Part shown: positions 9,970 to 19,784 of the stretch, piece after piece
Layout: every line of letters begins with the position of its first letter
Numbering within the stretch: the first letter of the stretch is position 1
Assembly: GCA_029565675.1 (NCBI GenBank)
Contig: JAKQNP010000003.1
Span: forward strand, 79,197-143,196
From: a bacterium
GTDB lineage: Bacteria; Zhuqueibacterota; Zhuqueibacteria; Residuimicrobiales; Oceaniaggregativiventaceae
DNA: 64,000 nucleotides
Reading direction: 5' to 3'
The notes under the pieces: generated by a model
What the model was told of the DNA's origin: nothing
Database searches by the model: none
The model's input: the letters and a program-made list of their open reading frames with translations, nothing else
Program-made: the position numbers and the translations under genes

Positions 9970-10684
9970 CGACGCGTATCAGTTTGATGTCAGCAAAATT
10001 GATTTCCTGCGCTGCGCGGATAAACTTGCGCTTGATCAGCTCAAGAATGGCAATAAAAGTGACAATAAGCACCATGCGCGAATCACCTGCGTCAAACAAC
10101 TCGGAAAATTCAATCTCAGAACGCTCCTGGAATTTGCTCTCGATAAAAGCCAAACGCTCTTCCAAAGAGATCGGCAATTCCTGGACGCGATGAAAAGAGA
10201 CCTTTTTTTGTTGCCGTAAAACCTTCTGGAATGCACCGATCAGAGCAAAAAGTGAAACTTGCTCTACACCTTCTTCTATTGGCAAAGAGCCATCGTCTTC
10301 GATGCGAAAAGTGCCTCGCTGATAGATCTGTCGTGAGCTCTCCTCATAATCATACATCTGCTCAGCCACGTCTTTGAAACGCTTGTATTCGAGCAACCGC
10401 TGAACCAACTCCTGGCGCGGATCGATTTCCTCTTCTTCTTGCGCTTCGACTTCCGGTTTGGGCAAGAGCATCTGCGCTTTTATGCGCATCAAAGTCGCCG
10501 CCATGAGGATGAAATCGCTTGCGACTTCCAGATCCAAAAGCTGAATAATTTCGAGATATTCCAAAAACTGACGGGTGATCTTGGCGATCGGAATATCGTA
10601 AATGTCTACTTCTTCTTTTTTGATCAAAAAGAGCAGCAGGTCGAGTGGTCCCTCAAAGGTGTCGAGTTTGACTTTATAGGGCAT
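9962..10684 (-). CDS. scpA: Segregation and condensation protein A (kleisin)
   Basis: FEGPLDLLL.LI....VDIYDIPI, LLP, LLEYK and TFIAILELI motifs. Confidence 0.95.
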   Translation of the reverse strand: MPYKVKLDTFEGPLDLLLFLIKKEEVDIYDIPIAKITRQFLEYLEIIQLLDLEVASDFILMAATLMRIKAQMLLPKPEVEAQEEEEIDPRQELVQRLLEYKRFKDVAEQMYDYEESSRQIYQRGTFRIEDDGSLPIEEGVEQVSLFALIGAFQKVLRQQKKVSFHRVQELPISLEERLAFIESKFQERSEIEFSELFDAGDSRMVLIVTFIAILELIKRKFIRAAQEINFADIKLIRVDG

Positions 10685-10829
10685 AACGGATCACTCACCT
10701 GATAACATAAATAAGGCCGCAATACCACACGGCCGTGTCAATTCTCTGTTCGATGGTCTCCGTCTCCAGAACGGCAGTCAATCGCCTCTCGCCGGGCCAG
10801 GAATGAGGCAGCAATCGGCACCAGACGAT

Positions 10830-11333
10830 TTATTGAAAAAACAAATAGGGTTTCCAAAGCTGTTCGCCAGCCGCAACAAAACGCTGAATAAAAAACAGAT
10901 GGTTGGGACGTCGGGGCTGACGCGCCAACTTCATGTTCGTCTGTTCAGGGGTTCGATTGCCTTTGCGGTTGTTGCAGTGAATGCAAGCGCAGACCAGATT
11001 CTCCCATGTGTCCGTTCCGCCCTTGGTCCGCGGCACTACATGATCAACGGTCAACGGACCCTGGGTAGTGCGGCAATACTGGCACCGGTATCCATCCCTT
11101 TTGAGGATATTCCTCCGAGTAAGCTCGACTCGTTTGTAGGGGATCTGCACAAAATAAAGCAAACGAACCACGCTGGGCAATGGCATCGAATAATGCAAAG
11201 ACTGCACTTTCAGCGGATGTTTTTCGACGATTTCCACCTTTTGCATATAGATCAAAACAATCGCCTTCTTGGCAGTGAGCACCATGATCGGTTCATAGTT
11301 TTGATTGAGCAAAAGGACTTTGTGCGACAACAT
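10830..11333 (-). CDS. HNH endonuclease (COG1403/McrA-like)
   Basis: VLLLNQNYEP, PSVVRL, RRNILKRD..RCQYC, TVDHVVP..KGG..WENLV.AC..CN..KG. Confidence 0.9.
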   Translation of the reverse strand: MLSHKVLLLNQNYEPIMVLTAKKAIVLIYMQKVEIVEKHPLKVQSLHYSMPLPSVVRLLYFVQIPYKRVELTRRNILKRDGYRCQYCRTTQGPLTVDHVVPRTKGGTDTWENLVCACIHCNNRKGNRTPEQTNMKLARQPRRPNHLFFIQRFVAAGEQLWKPYLFFQ

Positions 11334-11628
11334 GATTCAAGCCTAGCCGGTTCGATCTCGTAAATTTCTTTTGAACGAATGCAATTTGATTCAAGAACAA
11401 TTGCCTTCCCATCCATCCCGGCGCTTCTCCGAACCTTGCCCGCAAAAAGAACGTCTCGCAGAACAGCAATACTCTGCACATGCACACCATCACACCGCCC
11501 CGCGAATTCGATCTGCTGGTGCAAAAAGGCACCCTCTTTTGCACAACCATTTGCTGAATCGCAAAAGATTGTATTGTATCGGGTTGGATAAGAATGCTCG
11601 GGTGGTCGGCAGAATTCCAATAACAAAA

Positions 11629-11657
11629 AATATAGCTTAAAAACGATAAAGAGTCAA
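11629..11657 (-). promoter_or_regulatory. Candidate sigma70 promoter about 290 nt upstream of the HNH gene
   Basis: Minus strand TTGACT-17 nt-TATATT. Confidence 0.55.
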
Positions 11658-11690
11658 GCGATTTTTCGAGTTATCAATAGGTTACTGCCT

Positions 11691-12647
11691 TTATCTCGAT
11701 TCCAGCCAAAAACCCATTTTGCTGTATTTTTCGAGACGCTGGCTGATCAGGTCTTGCGGCGAAAGGGGAACGAGATCCTGCAGAGCAGCAAGAACCGCAT
11801 TTTTAACCAGAGCCGCGGCCTGGTCGATGTCGCTGTGCGCACCGCCGACGGGTTCTTGAATGATTTTGTCGATGACCTTGAGCTGCAGCAAATCTTCAGC
11901 GCTGATCTTCATCGCTTCTGCAGCCTGTGGAGCATTTTTCGCATCGCGATAAAGAATGGCAGCACACCCCTCGGGCGTAATGACCGAATACCAGGTGTTC
12001 TCCATCATCAACACGCGATCGCCAATACCGATTCCCAGTGCCCCACCGCTGGCTCCTTCACCGATTATCACCACCACGATGGGAACCGGAAGATGCGACA
12101 TTTCAAAAAGATTGTGTGCGATCGCTTCGGCTTGACCCCGCTCTTCCGCTCCAATCCCGGGAAATGCACCTGGAGTATCGACAAATGAAATGACCGGCCG
12201 ACCATATTTGGCGGCAAGCTTCATCAGCCGGAGCGCTTTGCGATATCCCTCTGGGTGAGGCATGCCAAAGTTGCGCCGTACTTTTTCCTTGGTATCACGC
12301 GCCTTTTGATGTCCAATCAAAACGATCCTTTGACCGCCGATTTTGCCGACGCCGGCAACGATCGCCGGATCGTCACCAAAAACGCGATCTCCGTGCAATT
12401 CGATAAAATCGTCGACGATCCGCTCGACATAATCCAAAGTGTATGGCCGTTTGGGATGTCTTGCCAATTGAACCCGCTGCCATCTTGTCAATTTGGAATA
12501 GATCTCCCGCCGCAGGCGCTGGGCGCGCTTCTCGAGTTTTTGGATCTCCTCCTGCATCTCGATATCCTCGCCCAAGGCATATTCGCGCAATTCGGCGATT
12601 TTTCGTTCGATCTCGATGATCGGTTTTTCGAATTCCAGCATAAGCAA
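11691..12647 (-). CDS. accA: Acetyl-CoA carboxylase carboxyltransferase subunit alpha
   Basis: LEFEKPI, ARHP.RPYTLDY, LHGDR..GDD, RNFGMP.PEGYRKALR, DTPGA.PG..AEERGQ and GEGASGGA. Confidence 0.97.
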   Translation of the reverse strand: MLMLEFEKPIIEIERKIAELREYALGEDIEMQEEIQKLEKRAQRLRREIYSKLTRWQRVQLARHPKRPYTLDYVERIVDDFIELHGDRVFGDDPAIVAGVGKIGGQRIVLIGHQKARDTKEKVRRNFGMPHPEGYRKALRLMKLAAKYGRPVISFVDTPGAFPGIGAEERGQAEAIAHNLFEMSHLPVPIVVVIIGEGASGGALGIGIGDRVLMMENTWYSVITPEGCAAILYRDAKNAPQAAEAMKISAEDLLQLKVIDKIIQEPVGGAHSDIDQAAALVKNAVLAALQDLVPLSPQDLISQRLEKYSKMGFWLESR

Positions 12648-12736
12648 TTCATCCTAAAGACTGATTATTTCACTGTCGAAATACAAAGCGGCCGAATCCA
12701 TGCAGCCAAACGCACGGCAGTCACTCGTCGTTCTTT

Positions 12737-14824
12737 TCAGCCCTTTCGCGGCCAAAGAGATTTCGCAACAAGCTGCAGATCCAAAGCAGGCGAATAGTTG
12801 CGCAGATAGTAGAGATGGACTTGTTCGCGTTCGCGCTTCGACAAGCCCGGACCCTGATGAAGCTGTTCCAGTCCGGTAAGAGCGGGTTTAATCAAATGGG
12901 CCAGGTCATCGAACGCTTCGAGCGGCAACAGCATGTCCCTGCCCACCATGCTGAGGCGTCCGCGCAACACCTGCAACCACAATGAATAGGAAGAAAAAAG
13001 GTGGCCCTCTGCCAAGCAACGGACCGCACAAGGTTCGCCGTTCAATCCAACGATCGAACGTTCCATCCATTTGCCTTTATTCGACCAGCTTTTCCAGATA
13101 AAAAACGGCCAACCGAACGACAAAACCAGTAGAGCGCCGAGGATATCGAACAAGCGTTTGACGAATCGAAAAAAGGGATCGTGCAATTTATAGCCGATAT
13201 CGACCAACGGCAGGTGGTCAAAATAATCGATCGATGCTTTGCCGATCATCACGTCCATTTCCCGCGGGACCAACCGGTAGTTGATGGTCTGGCCCGCCAG
13301 GGTCGAGACAATCGATAAAATCTTGTGATAGGACATCTTATCGGTGGAAAAGATGACTTGATTGATCTTTTCGCGTGCGATGATCTCAGCCAAATCGCGC
13401 AGTCGACCGAGAACAGGAATGCCCTCGACCTGCAAGTCGAGGGGCCCGCTGTTGCTGGCAACGATGCCGGTGACCTGCACCATCGCCCGCGTATGCGCAT
13501 CCTTTTGCAGACGGCGGACCAGACGGCGAATCGAACTGATTTCGCCAACCAAAACTGATCGATTGGAGAAAAGGGCATCCCCGAACAGGTGGCGAAACAA
13601 GCCCACCTCGTTTTTGGAGAGCGCCCGCGCTGCGATCCGCCAGCCAGCCAACAGCAGGATATCCATTGCTCCGGCATAGAGAATAACCGCCCGAGAAAAG
13701 GCGATGGTCTTGATAAAATAGGTCAGCACCGCATTGACCAGCCAACCGAACAACACAGCAGTTCCTGCTCTGCTGGCTGAAAAACGCCAACGGCTGTACA
13801 GGCCCTGACCGGCGAAACTGAACAACCAAACCAAGCTGTAAAGCAGATGGACCTTGACGAATGCCTGCCAGGGAAATTGCGGGTGGAACCGCAGCCAGAT
13901 CGCCAGGGCCAGAGAGAGGGTCAAAAAGAAAAAATCGATCGCCGGCAAAGCCAACAAGCGCGCAACCTGGGCGATATAGGCGATGACTGCACGTATGGCG
14001 ATCGCCAATTTGAGCATCCACGATGGGATCAGAGCCTGGCCGCGGCTGAAATGCTTGACCACGAAAAGCTGCATGGCTTCATAAAAAAGGCGGCGCTGCG
14101 CAAATGGACTTTTCTTTGAACTCTCGCCTTTGAAATGAATGATCTGTGTTTGTGGACAATAATAGTTCTGCCACCCTGCTTGCTGGATGCGGTAACACCA
14201 GTCAAGATCCTCACCATACATAAAGAACGATTCATCGAGACAGCCAACCTTGTCGATCGTTTCTCGCCTCACCAGCATGAATGATCCCGACAGGGCGTCG
14301 ACAGGAGCAGCTTGATCAGGATCGAGATAGGTCAGATTGTAACGACCAAACAACCGGCTTTTCGGAAACAGTTTGGCCAGACCGACAATCTTGCTAAAAG
14401 CCACCCACGGGGTGGGAAAGCTCCGCCGACACGCCAATTGCAGCGTTCCATCAGGATTGAGAATCTTGCATCCCACGGCGCCGGCATCCGGATGAGTGGC
14501 AACAAAATCGAGCAAGACCGAAAAAGTATCTTCCTGGATGATGGTGTCGGGATTGATCAAACAGACAAAACGACCCTGGCTTTTTTCCAACGCCTGATTG
14601 TTTGCCCGCGCAAAACCCATATTGTGGCGATTGCGGATCAACTGGACGAGCGGATATTTTTCGGCTATCCATTCCGGACTGCCGTCGGTTGAGGCATTGT
14701 CCACCACAAAGATCTCGTGGTCGATTCCTTTTAGCGCCCGCAGAATTGATGTGAGCGCCTGATCGAGAAACGCGCGCACATTGTAACTGACAATGATGAC
14801 GCTGATTACGGGTGTGTAAGCCAT
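12737..14824 (-). CDS. GT2 glycosyltransferase fused to TM helices, a CoA-binding-like domain and a degenerate WcaJ/PglC-like phosphoglycosyl transferase domain
   Basis: SVIIVSYN, VVDNAS.DG, NPD, FFMYGEDLD, HFKGES; several TMs; C-terminal KRLFD..GRLSMVGR..KPALTG..YLRNYS..LDL. Confidence 0.8.
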   Translation of the reverse strand: MAYTPVISVIIVSYNVRAFLDQALTSILRALKGIDHEIFVVDNASTDGSPEWIAEKYPLVQLIRNRHNMGFARANNQALEKSQGRFVCLINPDTIIQEDTFSVLLDFVATHPDAGAVGCKILNPDGTLQLACRRSFPTPWVAFSKIVGLAKLFPKSRLFGRYNLTYLDPDQAAPVDALSGSFMLVRRETIDKVGCLDESFFMYGEDLDWCYRIQQAGWQNYYCPQTQIIHFKGESSKKSPFAQRRLFYEAMQLFVVKHFSRGQALIPSWMLKLAIAIRAVIAYIAQVARLLALPAIDFFFLTLSLALAIWLRFHPQFPWQAFVKVHLLYSLVWLFSFAGQGLYSRWRFSASRAGTAVLFGWLVNAVLTYFIKTIAFSRAVILYAGAMDILLLAGWRIAARALSKNEVGLFRHLFGDALFSNRSVLVGEISSIRRLVRRLQKDAHTRAMVQVTGIVASNSGPLDLQVEGIPVLGRLRDLAEIIAREKINQVIFSTDKMSYHKILSIVSTLAGQTINYRLVPREMDVMIGKASIDYFDHLPLVDIGYKLHDPFFRFVKRLFDILGALLVLSFGWPFFIWKSWSNKGKWMERSIVGLNGEPCAVRCLAEGHLFSSYSLWLQVLRGRLSMVGRDMLLPLEAFDDLAHLIKPALTGLEQLHQGPGLSKREREQVHLYYLRNYSPALDLQLVAKSLWPRKG

Positions 14825-15187
14825 CTTTCCGATCGTTTCATTGCAAACCGGTGGTCATCGGTCGCCAGTCGCCGCCACCTTGAACTGAGCGCCCACTCAT
14901 CGGCATGAGTTGGAATGGTTACCATCCACAACCGAGCAAAAGGCAGTGATTTGAAGCGGAGCATTTTACTTTCGGTGCAAATCGATCAGCTGTTCACAAG
15001 CCAATCGCACACCTTCATCAATCGCAAAAAAATGATTCTGATTCATTTTTAAAAAGTACGAAAAACCGATCAGAGAAGCAATGAGTATCTTGTTGCAGTC
15101 GATTCCCGCTTTTGCACCAGCGGCACCCGACCTTTCTGGCTGCATAGCGATGGAATTCGCTGCCGCGACCCGATTTTTCTGTATAAA

Positions 15188-15216
15188 TTGAAATTGACGA
15201 CAAAAACGCTTATATT
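15188..15216 (+). promoter_or_regulatory. Candidate sigma70 promoter of the GH127 gene
   Basis: TTGAAA-17 nt-TATATT just upstream of the ATG at 15239. Confidence 0.5.
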
Positions 15217-15238
15217 GGCAAAACTGAAAGGAAACAGG

Positions 15239-17167
15239 ATGATTGCGCGCTACTCTCTGCAGCCGATTGACCATCGGCAAATCAAGTTGACCGGGGGCTT
15301 GCTTGCTCAAAAGCAAGAGATCAACCGAGAAAAAACTCTGACGGCGATCTTTCGCCAGAGTTATGAGACCGGCCGCATCGACGCCTTTAAATTAGAGTGG
15401 ACGGCAACCAGCGGTAAACCCAGGCCGCATTATTTTTGGGATTCAGATGTCTATAAGCTGCTGGAAGCTGCAGCCTACTCGCTCGGCACTCATGCCGACG
15501 CTGAAATGGAGGCTGAACTCGACCGAATCATCGAGCTGATCTGCAAGGCTCAACAGCCTGACGGTTATTTGAACATCTACTTCACCGTTGTCGAGCCGAA
15601 AAAAAGATGGACCAATCTCCGCGACTGGCATGAACTCTATTGCGCCGGCCATTTATTCGAAGCAGCGGTTGCTGTCTTTAACGCAACCGGCAAACGCAAG
15701 TTGCTCGAGGCGGCATGCCGTTTCGCGGATCTGATCGATGCGACCTTTGGCCGAGAAACAGGTAAAAAACGCGGCTACCCCGGCCATGAAGAGATCGAAT
15801 TGGCGTTGATCAAACTCTATCGCTGCACCGGCGAAAAACGCTATCTCCGGTTGGCGAAGTATTTCATCGACGAACGCGGCCAGCAGCCTCACTATTTCGA
15901 CGGCGAAGTACAGGTGCACGGGATCGCTCCAGGCTGGCACTATCTCAATGGCCATCAGTCAAATCAATCGCATTTGCCGGTTCGCCAACAAAAAGAGGCA
16001 GTCGGACATGCGGTGAGAGCGATGTATCTGTATAGCGGTATGGCGGATGTAGCGGCTGAATTGCACGACGATCAGCTGCTGCAGGCATGCGAAACCATCT
16101 GGGACAATCTGGTCACCCGTCGTATGTACATCACCGGTGGGATCGGCTCGACCCATCGAAGTGAAGGGTTTACCCGCGATTATGACCTGCCCAATCGACT
16201 GGCTTATGCCGAGACGTGTGCAGCAGTTGGTTTGATCTTTTGGGCACATCGCATGCTACAGTTTGACTGCGACAGCCGCTATGCGGATATTCTGGAAACC
16301 AGCCTCTATAACGGGGCTCTTAGCGGGGTTGGCAATGACGGACAAAGCTTTTTATATGTCAATCCTCTGCAAAGCGACGGAAACCATCACCGCCAGAAAT
16401 GGTTTGACTGTGCTTGTTGTCCCAGCAACATCTCCCGTCTGCTCGCTTCAATTGGCGGCTATATCTATTCTATCGCACCCGATCTTTTGGCGGTTCATCT
16501 CTTTGCTGCGTCTGCCGGGAGTTGCAAAGTGGCCGGAGTTCCGATTTCCTTTTCTGTCCATACTGACTATCCGTGGACAGGTGATATCGAGTTTCACCTC
16601 GACGCGGCTCCCGCGGCGGAATGGACCCTTGCCTTGCGCCTGCCGAATTGGTGTCACCAGGCTTGTTTAACCGTCAACCACGAATCTGTCGAAATCGCAC
16701 CGTTGGTTCGCAATGGCTATGTCCATCTGCGACGCACCTGGAAAACTGGAGATGTGCTGCAATGGCAACTCGAGATGCCGGTGGAGCAATGGCAATCTCA
16801 TCCACAGGTTGAAAACAACACAGGCCGCGTCGCCTTGCGGCGCGGCCCGCTCGTCTATTGCCTCGAACAAGCAGACAACGGCTCCCAATTGCATCAGATC
16901 GCCATTGAACCTGCAGCGCAGTGGTCAGTCGAAAAATGCACTGCGTTGCCGCAAATCGCGGTACTGGCTGCTGAGGCATGGCGCGAGACCTATCCCGAAT
17001 GGCCGGATCGGCTCTATCAAGCCGCACAACCCGCCAAATGCAGTCGTGTCAGAATCAAGGCCATTCCCTACTACGCCTGGGACAATCGCGCAGCAGGTGA
17101 AATGCTGGTATGGATACGGCGACTTTTACCGCCTTGGCGAGAAAAGAACAGGTCGGCAGCAACTTAA
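15239..17167 (+). CDS. Glycoside hydrolase family 127 (beta-L-arabinofuranosidase-like)
   Basis: DSDVYK..EA, HELYCAGH, GHEEIELAL, GHAVRAMY, ETCA, CACCPSN (Zn/Cys nucleophile), RGPLVYC.E and IPYYAWDNR. Start moved to ATG 15239 on RBS and promoter evidence. Confidence 0.92.
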   Translation: MIARYSLQPIDHRQIKLTGGLLAQKQEINREKTLTAIFRQSYETGRIDAFKLEWTATSGKPRPHYFWDSDVYKLLEAAAYSLGTHADAEMEAELDRIIELICKAQQPDGYLNIYFTVVEPKKRWTNLRDWHELYCAGHLFEAAVAVFNATGKRKLLEAACRFADLIDATFGRETGKKRGYPGHEEIELALIKLYRCTGEKRYLRLAKYFIDERGQQPHYFDGEVQVHGIAPGWHYLNGHQSNQSHLPVRQQKEAVGHAVRAMYLYSGMADVAAELHDDQLLQACETIWDNLVTRRMYITGGIGSTHRSEGFTRDYDLPNRLAYAETCAAVGLIFWAHRMLQFDCDSRYADILETSLYNGALSGVGNDGQSFLYVNPLQSDGNHHRQKWFDCACCPSNISRLLASIGGYIYSIAPDLLAVHLFAASAGSCKVAGVPISFSVHTDYPWTGDIEFHLDAAPAAEWTLALRLPNWCHQACLTVNHESVEIAPLVRNGYVHLRRTWKTGDVLQWQLEMPVEQWQSHPQVENNTGRVALRRGPLVYCLEQADNGSQLHQIAIEPAAQWSVEKCTALPQIAVLAAEAWRETYPEWPDRLYQAAQPAKCSRVRIKAIPYYAWDNRAAGEMLVWIRRLLPPWREKNRSAAT

Positions 17168-18588
17168 TCAGCAGCAGGCTTGCTCTTCCACAGTTCAAAC
17201 AGCGCCTGTCCCACCCCGGCATTGGTGACATAAGGACCGCGCACCGGATCTTCGCCGACCAGTTTGCGGCGCAGGGTCTCACTTCCCCGTCCCTTTGCAA
17301 AAAGCGGAACCAGGGAGTTGGTGTGGCTGTTGCTGTGCCATTCATGGCCGGGCATCACAGAGGCGCCGTTGTTCTGCAGCGAATTCCATTTCGCTTCGAT
17401 ACCCGTTTCAGTCGCACGGCCTGAACCCGGGCCGGTCAAGTACCCCGTCTCGTGATCAGCGGTAATGATGAGCAGGGTTTCCGACCAACTGCTGGTGCTG
17501 TCGATCCAGGCGACCACGGCTTCCACAGCGCGATTGAAATCGATCTGTTCTTCGATCAATCGCCCCATTTGGTTGCTGTGCGAAGCCCAATCGACCGCTC
17601 CACCCTCAATCAGCATAAAAAAGCCGTTGGGATTGTTGTCCAAGACGTTCAATGCCACGCGAGTCATATGCCGCAGTGAGGGCACATTCTTGATCAGCTC
17701 AACCCCGAAAGGAGGAACCAGCGTATCACCCGGCCGATCTTGTTGCAGGGTAGTGGCCACCGGGGCCAGGCCAAAAAGGCGTTTGGGAGTCGGGCCTTCA
17801 GCCAACGATTGCCAATCTGCCAATGAGTCGATCATCGTCCATGCATCGGCCGCGCCATCGCCGTCGGAATCCCCTCCCGCTTGACCCGCTTTTACAGCTT
17901 CCCATAAAACCGCATCGCCGAAATGCACAGGATTCGGTTGCTGAAGTTTTTCGCCCGCTGAACCGTAATCCGGATGGCCAGCACCCATCAACACATCGAC
18001 CGCGCCGGTCTGCAGCATTTGTTGGGCGATCTGGCCGTAATCGCTGCGTGCATCGACATGGCTTGCAAAACCGGCTGGAGTCGCATGGCAAAACGGCACG
18101 GTGGTCACCAGTCCCGTAGACTTGTTCAGCGTCTCTGCATGCTCCAAAATGGTGAGCAACGGATTTCCGTCAGCATCCACAGCAAGTCGCCCGTTCAGGG
18201 TATGGTGCCCGGTCGCAAAGGCGGTCGCAGATGCGGCGGAATCGGTTGGTTTCTCGCGCACCGCGTCGAAATCCGACCAGATTTTTTCCGCGTCATATCC
18301 CGGTGTGCTGAGGGAGGCGGTGCAGACCGCGAGTTGTACAGGAAAAGACTCATAAACCTGTGTTCCGGGTTGCCCCTTTTCAAACAAACTCGCGGCATCG
18401 AAATGATTATAACCGCAGCCATCGCTGATCATCAAGATGATATTCTTCGGAGGCTTTTCCGAACAAGCCAACATCGGAATGATCAATGCAACCAGCAGAC
18501 CACCAACAGAAATGATTGTTTTTCGCGCATTCGTTTTCTTTTTACTTTTCATCATCGCGTTTGCTTTCATTTCAATTTTGATTTTCAT
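17164..18588 (-). CDS. Alkaline phosphatase (PhoA family), probable lipoprotein
   Basis: KNIILMISDG, TDSAASATA, HATPA, EGGAVDWASH, TADHETG and HT motifs; lipobox-like MLAC. Confidence 0.9.
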   Translation of the reverse strand: MKIKIEMKANAMMKSKKKTNARKTIISVGGLLVALIIPMLACSEKPPKNIILMISDGCGYNHFDAASLFEKGQPGTQVYESFPVQLAVCTASLSTPGYDAEKIWSDFDAVREKPTDSAASATAFATGHHTLNGRLAVDADGNPLLTILEHAETLNKSTGLVTTVPFCHATPAGFASHVDARSDYGQIAQQMLQTGAVDVLMGAGHPDYGSAGEKLQQPNPVHFGDAVLWEAVKAGQAGGDSDGDGAADAWTMIDSLADWQSLAEGPTPKRLFGLAPVATTLQQDRPGDTLVPPFGVELIKNVPSLRHMTRVALNVLDNNPNGFFMLIEGGAVDWASHSNQMGRLIEEQIDFNRAVEAVVAWIDSTSSWSETLLIITADHETGYLTGPGSGRATETGIEAKWNSLQNNGASVMPGHEWHSNSHTNSLVPLFAKGRGSETLRRKLVGEDPVRGPYVTNAGVGQALFELWKSKPAAD

Positions 18589-18655
18589 TTTGATCTGCTA
18601 TCCCCTTTCTATCAGTTTTTGCTCGATTGCCTTTGGTGATAAATTTCGAACCATA

Positions 18656-18684
18656 AAAATACAAGCGATAAAAACCATATGCAA
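18656..18684 (-). promoter_or_regulatory. Candidate sigma70 promoter of the alkaline phosphatase gene
   Basis: Minus strand TTGCAT-17 nt-TATTTT. Confidence 0.4.
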
Positions 18685-19105
18685 CGGCTTTTTCGTCTAT
18701 CGCTTTGCTCCCTTGATCGGGTGTTTCGCACTTAATCTCCGAAAAAATCATTCGGATAGTGATGTGCTAAGGTGAAAAACAATAACAATTGCAGGCAGCA
18801 GAACATCAACAGATTAATTTTGCTTGAATTTTGCCAACTCTTGATGCAGGCCATTGAAGAGGTAAACACTCGGCCACAACGAAGCTGGTAAAAAGTCCTG
18901 CTACAATCAAAAAACACAGCAACCAACCCGAGCAGGGGGAAAAAGGGCAAACGCACAAAAAAAAACCAAAAAACGCATTTTTCGCTTGACGTTTTGCTGC
19001 CTAGAACGATATCCACCAGCAACAGGCGACACCACTCTTTGCTCAAACTCGCTTCACTTTATTGAAAGGTGCGATGTATTCACGCTGACAATTCGCGATC
19101 TTGCT

Positions 19106-19279
19106 TTACTCTTGTCTTTTGCGGCACGCCATAACCAAGACAACTAAACCGATTAGATTAAACGCAGCGAACAATAAAGTTGCAGCTCTTCCCCAATCGA
19201 GAATAAATCCATTTCCCAAAAGGCCAAAAGTGCCGATAATTAAAAAGGCATGAGCAATCTGCTTTTTCCTTTCTTTCAT
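19106..19279 (-). CDS. Small 57-aa two-TM membrane protein (below the ORF-track cutoff)
   Basis: MKERKKQIAHAFLIIGTFGLLGNGFILDWGRAATLLFAAFNLIGLVVLVMACRKRQE*. Basic ends flank two hydrophobic stretches, and the ATG overlaps the upstream TGA (ATGA). Confidence 0.6.
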   Translation of the reverse strand: MKERKKQIAHAFLIIGTFGLLGNGFILDWGRAATLLFAAFNLIGLVVLVMACRKRQE

Positions 19280-19707
19280 TCGTCTTGTTCCCCACCCTGT
19301 TCAAATCTTGTTAAAATTTCGGCTAGGATATAGCCATAGTTCACAAACATCAGTAAAACAGTACATCGTGTAAAAAACTGAATGGCCGCCATTCAAAAAA
19401 TGATTCGGTTGTTAAAAAAAGCGAAAATATGGGTACAGATAAACAATATTATCCCAATTGCAATACCTAAGCATGATAAACGGACGCGAAACATATTTTT
19501 TAGCATTATCAGTAAGCACCCTCCGATTGCGCCCACCAGCGCGCCAACCACTACAGATTCACCTATTCCTCCGAGACTCAAATTTGAAGGTGTGTCGGTT
19601 ACAAGGGCGATGCCGGCTGTAACGGCACGTCCAGCGAGGCCTAAAATCAGGATTCCGGAGATAGTACCGGCAATCAAACCTTTAAGTGTCTGAGCATAAA
19701 AATTCAA
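19276..19707 (-). pseudogene. Multi-TM membrane protein interrupted by an in-frame TGA at 19393-19395
   Basis: TTG start with AGGAGG SD. After the TGA the same frame stays open for 38 codons (MAAIQFFTRCTVLLMFVNYGYILAEILTRFEQGGEQDE*) and ends in an ATGA overlap with the next gene. Confidence 0.5.
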
Positions 19708-19784
19708 CTAGACACCTCCTACCATTTGGCGATCAAAGTTGGAAATAGACCAGTACTAAAGCCAATAATTTGGATCGAGTGGTA

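Noticed and set aside
10830-11333. HNH gene as IscB, Cas9 or a restriction system
   Set aside because: Only 167 aa, with no RuvC or PLMP region, no adjacent methylase and no array.
18690-19100. AT-rich intergenic stretch with A-tracts and a 104-aa ORF (18732-19046)
   Set aside because: No SD, motif or stable structure I can support; treated as non-coding.
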